Part shown: in pieces, positions 61,231 through 64,000 of the stretch | How positions within the stretch are numbered: position 1 is the first letter of the stretch | How the letters are laid out: every line of letters begins with the position of its first letter | Source: Gekko japonicus | Taxonomy: Eukaryota | NCBI RefSeq assembly: GCF_001447785.1 | Contig: NW_015175470.1 | Span: 64,545-128,544 of the forward strand | Direction: 5' to 3' | Length of the DNA stretch: 64,000 nucleotides | Notes under the pieces: generated by a model | Told to the model about the DNA's origin: nothing | Databases searched by the model: none | Seen by the model: the letters and a program-made list of their open reading frames with translations, nothing else | Program-made: the position numbers and the translations under genes

Positions 61231-62169
61231 TCAGCCCAGTTTTACTAGAAAATGTCCAAAATCCGTGAGCTTTAGCAATGCAGTCTTGATTTCTTTGTTT
61301 CTTATGCTATAGATGAATGGATTCAGCAATGGAGGTAATATAGCATAAAGCACAGCACAAATTGCATTCATCTGAGAAGAAGTGTTACCAGGAGGCCTCA
61401 GATAGGCAAACATTCCAGTGAAAATAAACAGAGACACCACAGTGAGGTGGGGAAGGCAAGTGGAGAGGGCTTTTTTGCGACTGTTTCCAGAAGGCATCCT
61501 GAGAACCGTTGCAAAGATCTTCATGTAAGTTATAATGATGTAGATAAAACATCCTCCAAATAAGCTGCAGCTAAACAGAAGAATTCCAATTTCAATTAGA
61601 TATAAGTCTGAGCAAGAAAGCTTTATTATCTGTGGAACTTCACAGAAGAATTGATTGATTATATTGGCGCAGAAGGTGTTGGCAAAAGTGCCACTGGTGT
61701 GTAATGTGGCAGAAAGTATACCAGTAAACCATGCACCTCCTGCTATCTGAATGCAGGCTCCTTTATGCATGATTGTCTCATATTGCAATGGATGGCAAAT
61801 AGCAATATGCCGATCATGTGCCATTACTGTTAGGATGGCAAAATTAGATGCTGCAAGTAAGAAGTAGAAAAATACCTGAGCCACACATCCTGAATAAGAA
61901 ATTGATCTGCTATTCAGGAGGGAATTGGCCATCGCTTTAGGTAATATGACAGAAATTGAGCCAAGATCCAGAATGGCCAAGTTCATGAGGAAGAAGTACA
62001 TGGGCACATGCAGGTGATGATCAAGCACTACAGCCGTGATGATGAGAAGATTGCCAGTGACTGCCACCAAGTATACTGCTAAGAAGACAAAGAAATGTAT
62101 GATCTGTAGTTCTCGGATATCTGAAAATTCCAGAAGCAAGAATTCAGACGTGGAGGTAATATTAGGCAT
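61231..62169 (-). CDS. Olfactory receptor, OR14-like, 312 aa, intact
   Basis: MPNITS, PMYFFL, MAHDRHIAIC, KALSTCLPHL, PPLLNPFIY; 27-nt in-frame deletion in the C-tail relative to paralogs. Confidence 0.94.
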   Translation of the reverse strand: MPNITSTSEFLLLEFSDIRELQIIHFFVFLAVYLVAVTGNLLIITAVVLDHHLHVPMYFFLMNLAILDLGSISVILPKAMANSLLNSRSISYSGCVAQVFFYFLLAASNFAILTVMAHDRHIAICHPLQYETIMHKGACIQIAGGAWFTGILSATLHTSGTFANTFCANIINQFFCEVPQIIKLSCSDLYLIEIGILLFSCSLFGGCFIYIIITYMKIFATVLRMPSGNSRKKALSTCLPHLTVVSLFIFTGMFAYLRPPGNTSSQMNAICAVLYAILPPLLNPFIYSIRNKEIKTALLKLTDFGHFLVKLG

Positions 62170-62951
62170 TTTGCTCTCAGTATCCAGTTGCAGATTACCT
62201 GTAGGGCTGAATAATGGAAATATTTTAAATAATAATCCTCAGTAGGCCTCCTCAGAATCCCACTCTAGTCTATACAATAGGGCTTTCTCTCAGGGAAGTG
62301 TTCTTCTGACTGTACTGCAAACCTACTAATATCAATTAATGGTTACTCAGGATTCCTTCTTTGACTGTCTCAGTCCAGTAGATAACCTTTTTTTGATGGG
62401 TCAGTTTGCACATGGGCAAACTGGATAGATGAGCAGCATCTCGCTGGCTGTCCCAACCCCCTCATGTTTGTTTCACACACATAGACTCCAGATGCTTAAT
62501 CTGATACTATACTGAATGTCATAGAGGGTCTTTAAATTTATTGAATTTGTGCACACATCGATTTTGTAAATTACAGAATGAAAATTGAGGAAGGAGCAGT
62601 AGACAGTCTCCTGATCCTTTATCCACACTTACGCTGCACAAGTAAGGGCTGTTGTTGCACAGACAACACTGCCTCCATAGGGGTGAGTTACTTGGGAGGC
62701 CCCTACCCATAATGTCTGTAACCCTGACAGACTGGACAAGGGAAACTGCTCACTGAGGTCTGCCATTTTGAAGTACATTCTCTACCTGTAATGAGTTAAC
62801 AGAGGAAAATTTGAGTCCAGTGGCACATTTAAGACCAAAAAAGTTTTATTGAAAGTATAAGCTTTCATGTGCATGCATACGTCCTCAAATCCCTGAAGAC
62901 GTTTGCATGCAAAGGTAATCTTATACTGTGAATAAAACTTTGATAGTCTTT

Positions 62952-63449
62952 GGCTGCGGTCACACGGAGCATTAGGCACGCTAGAGGGATGGAAGATAGG
63001 CGGATTTTCCGGACGCGATCGCACCACCACATCTGGGAAGCGTACAGCTCCTGTGGCGAACCCGAGGCTTCCCGCCGAAGATGCGCAGTTAAAACGTTTC
63101 TGGTAACCGTGGGGCAAGGGCAGGCATCTGATCGTGTTTTCAGTGGTAGTGCCGGTGCCCACCCATGCCGTCTCGTATAAAGTTTTTTTTTCAACTGTCC
63201 ATGGGATGCACACAAACACCCAACAGGGCATGCACACACTTTGGTGTCCGAAAAATAAACACCCGTTTGCCGCACCATGCCACTTCTTTGCCACGCGCAG
63301 GATTGTGGTGTGCTCGGCACCTCCCCCCTACCACGGGACCTCCATGGGACCTCCACGGTACGTCTGCTGGTGCAACCGCACGTTATTTTGCCCCAGGGCA
63401 AACAGCCACACTCCCCCCCCTGCATTTTCCTTCCCGTATGACTCAGGCC
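62952..63449. mobile_element. Harbinger-like MITE inserted in a Penelope arm
   Basis: TIRs GGCTGCGGTCACAC / GTATGACTCAGGCC; reverse-oriented relative of 55085; absent from paralogous units. Confidence 0.75.
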
Positions 63450-63694
63450 TTTGTTAGTCTTCAAGGTGCCACTGGACATGAATTTTGTTCTGTTGCTTCA
63501 GACTAACATGGCTACCTACCTGTAAGGAGTTAAATTAGCCATCTTGTACAAGGAAATAATGTACCAAACACAGCCTGGAAAGCCTTGGAGCACACTTGTC
63601 AAGCACCTGTATTGGATGCCTAGGAATTACTTTAAATCTTCCTTGCTGATACAAGTAAATGCTGCATCCTCCTCTTAGAGCTTTCAACTGATCA

Positions 63695-63976
63695 GGCTCC
63701 AATCACACAAGGGAAAAACTGCGGGTGGGAAGCAAGGCTGTTTGCCCCAGGGCGAAATTACGCACATTTGTGCAATCAGAATTCTGCCTGCCTTCCCCGC
63801 ATTTCCAGATACTGCTAGGTTTTAGTCGGCGGCTTTTTTCAACGCTCCTGCAGCGTAAAACGATGCCCCGCCAATGACTCCGGGACACTAGACAGATGTG
63901 TCGATCTGATCACGCCCTGTTACACCGCAGGGGAATCGCACCGTTGCCACCACTTTTGGTAAGTATGATCGCACCC
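63695..63976. mobile_element. Harbinger-like MITE
   Basis: TIRs GGCTCCAATCACAC / GTATGATCGCACCC; ATCA on both flanks; empty paralogous site near 49505. Confidence 0.75.
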
Positions 63977-64000
63977 ATCAGTTTCACAACAATGCAATCA

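Noticed and set aside
45640-63510. CRISPR-like or viroid/retrozyme array from recurring palindromes
   Set aside because: Recurrence is explained by segmental duplication of the OR unit; no repeat-spacer layout and no tandem direct hammerhead repeats.

Overview
Vertebrate (squamate, most likely gecko) genomic DNA from a gapped draft assembly with three N-gaps; no prokaryotic features or CRISPR. The window holds one isolated SCML4 coding exon (165-365, +). It also holds a complete STEAP4 metalloreductase CDS in four coding exons (12749-24617, +, 471 aa) and a minus-strand cluster of OR14-like olfactory receptors: five intact ORFs, one disrupted pseudogene and two fragments, largely built from a ~3.4 kb tandem duplication unit. 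Intergenic and intronic DNA is dense in reptile transposons: CR1, L2, L1, RTE-BovB and RTE-X-like LINE pieces, Sauria/Squam-type and 5S-derived SINEs, hAT and Harbinger-like MITEs, a Helitron-like element, solo LTRs and Penelope-derived inverted repeats. The most notable observations are: (1) a TSD-flanked, full-length 1.6 kb non-autonomous L1-type element with one intact coiled-coil ORF; (2) head-to-head Penelope termini carrying degenerate minimal hammerhead-ribozyme motifs, amplified with the OR unit; (3) a perfect 38-bp fold-back made by template switching; (4) a 3'-truncated BovB with an open endonuclease ORF; (5) the unexpected SCML4-exon/STEAP4/OR adjacency; (6) signs of gene conversion, a DRY->DRH change and microhomology deletions in the OR array. 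I do not see a convincingly new biological system; family names come from recognition by eye, not from database searches.
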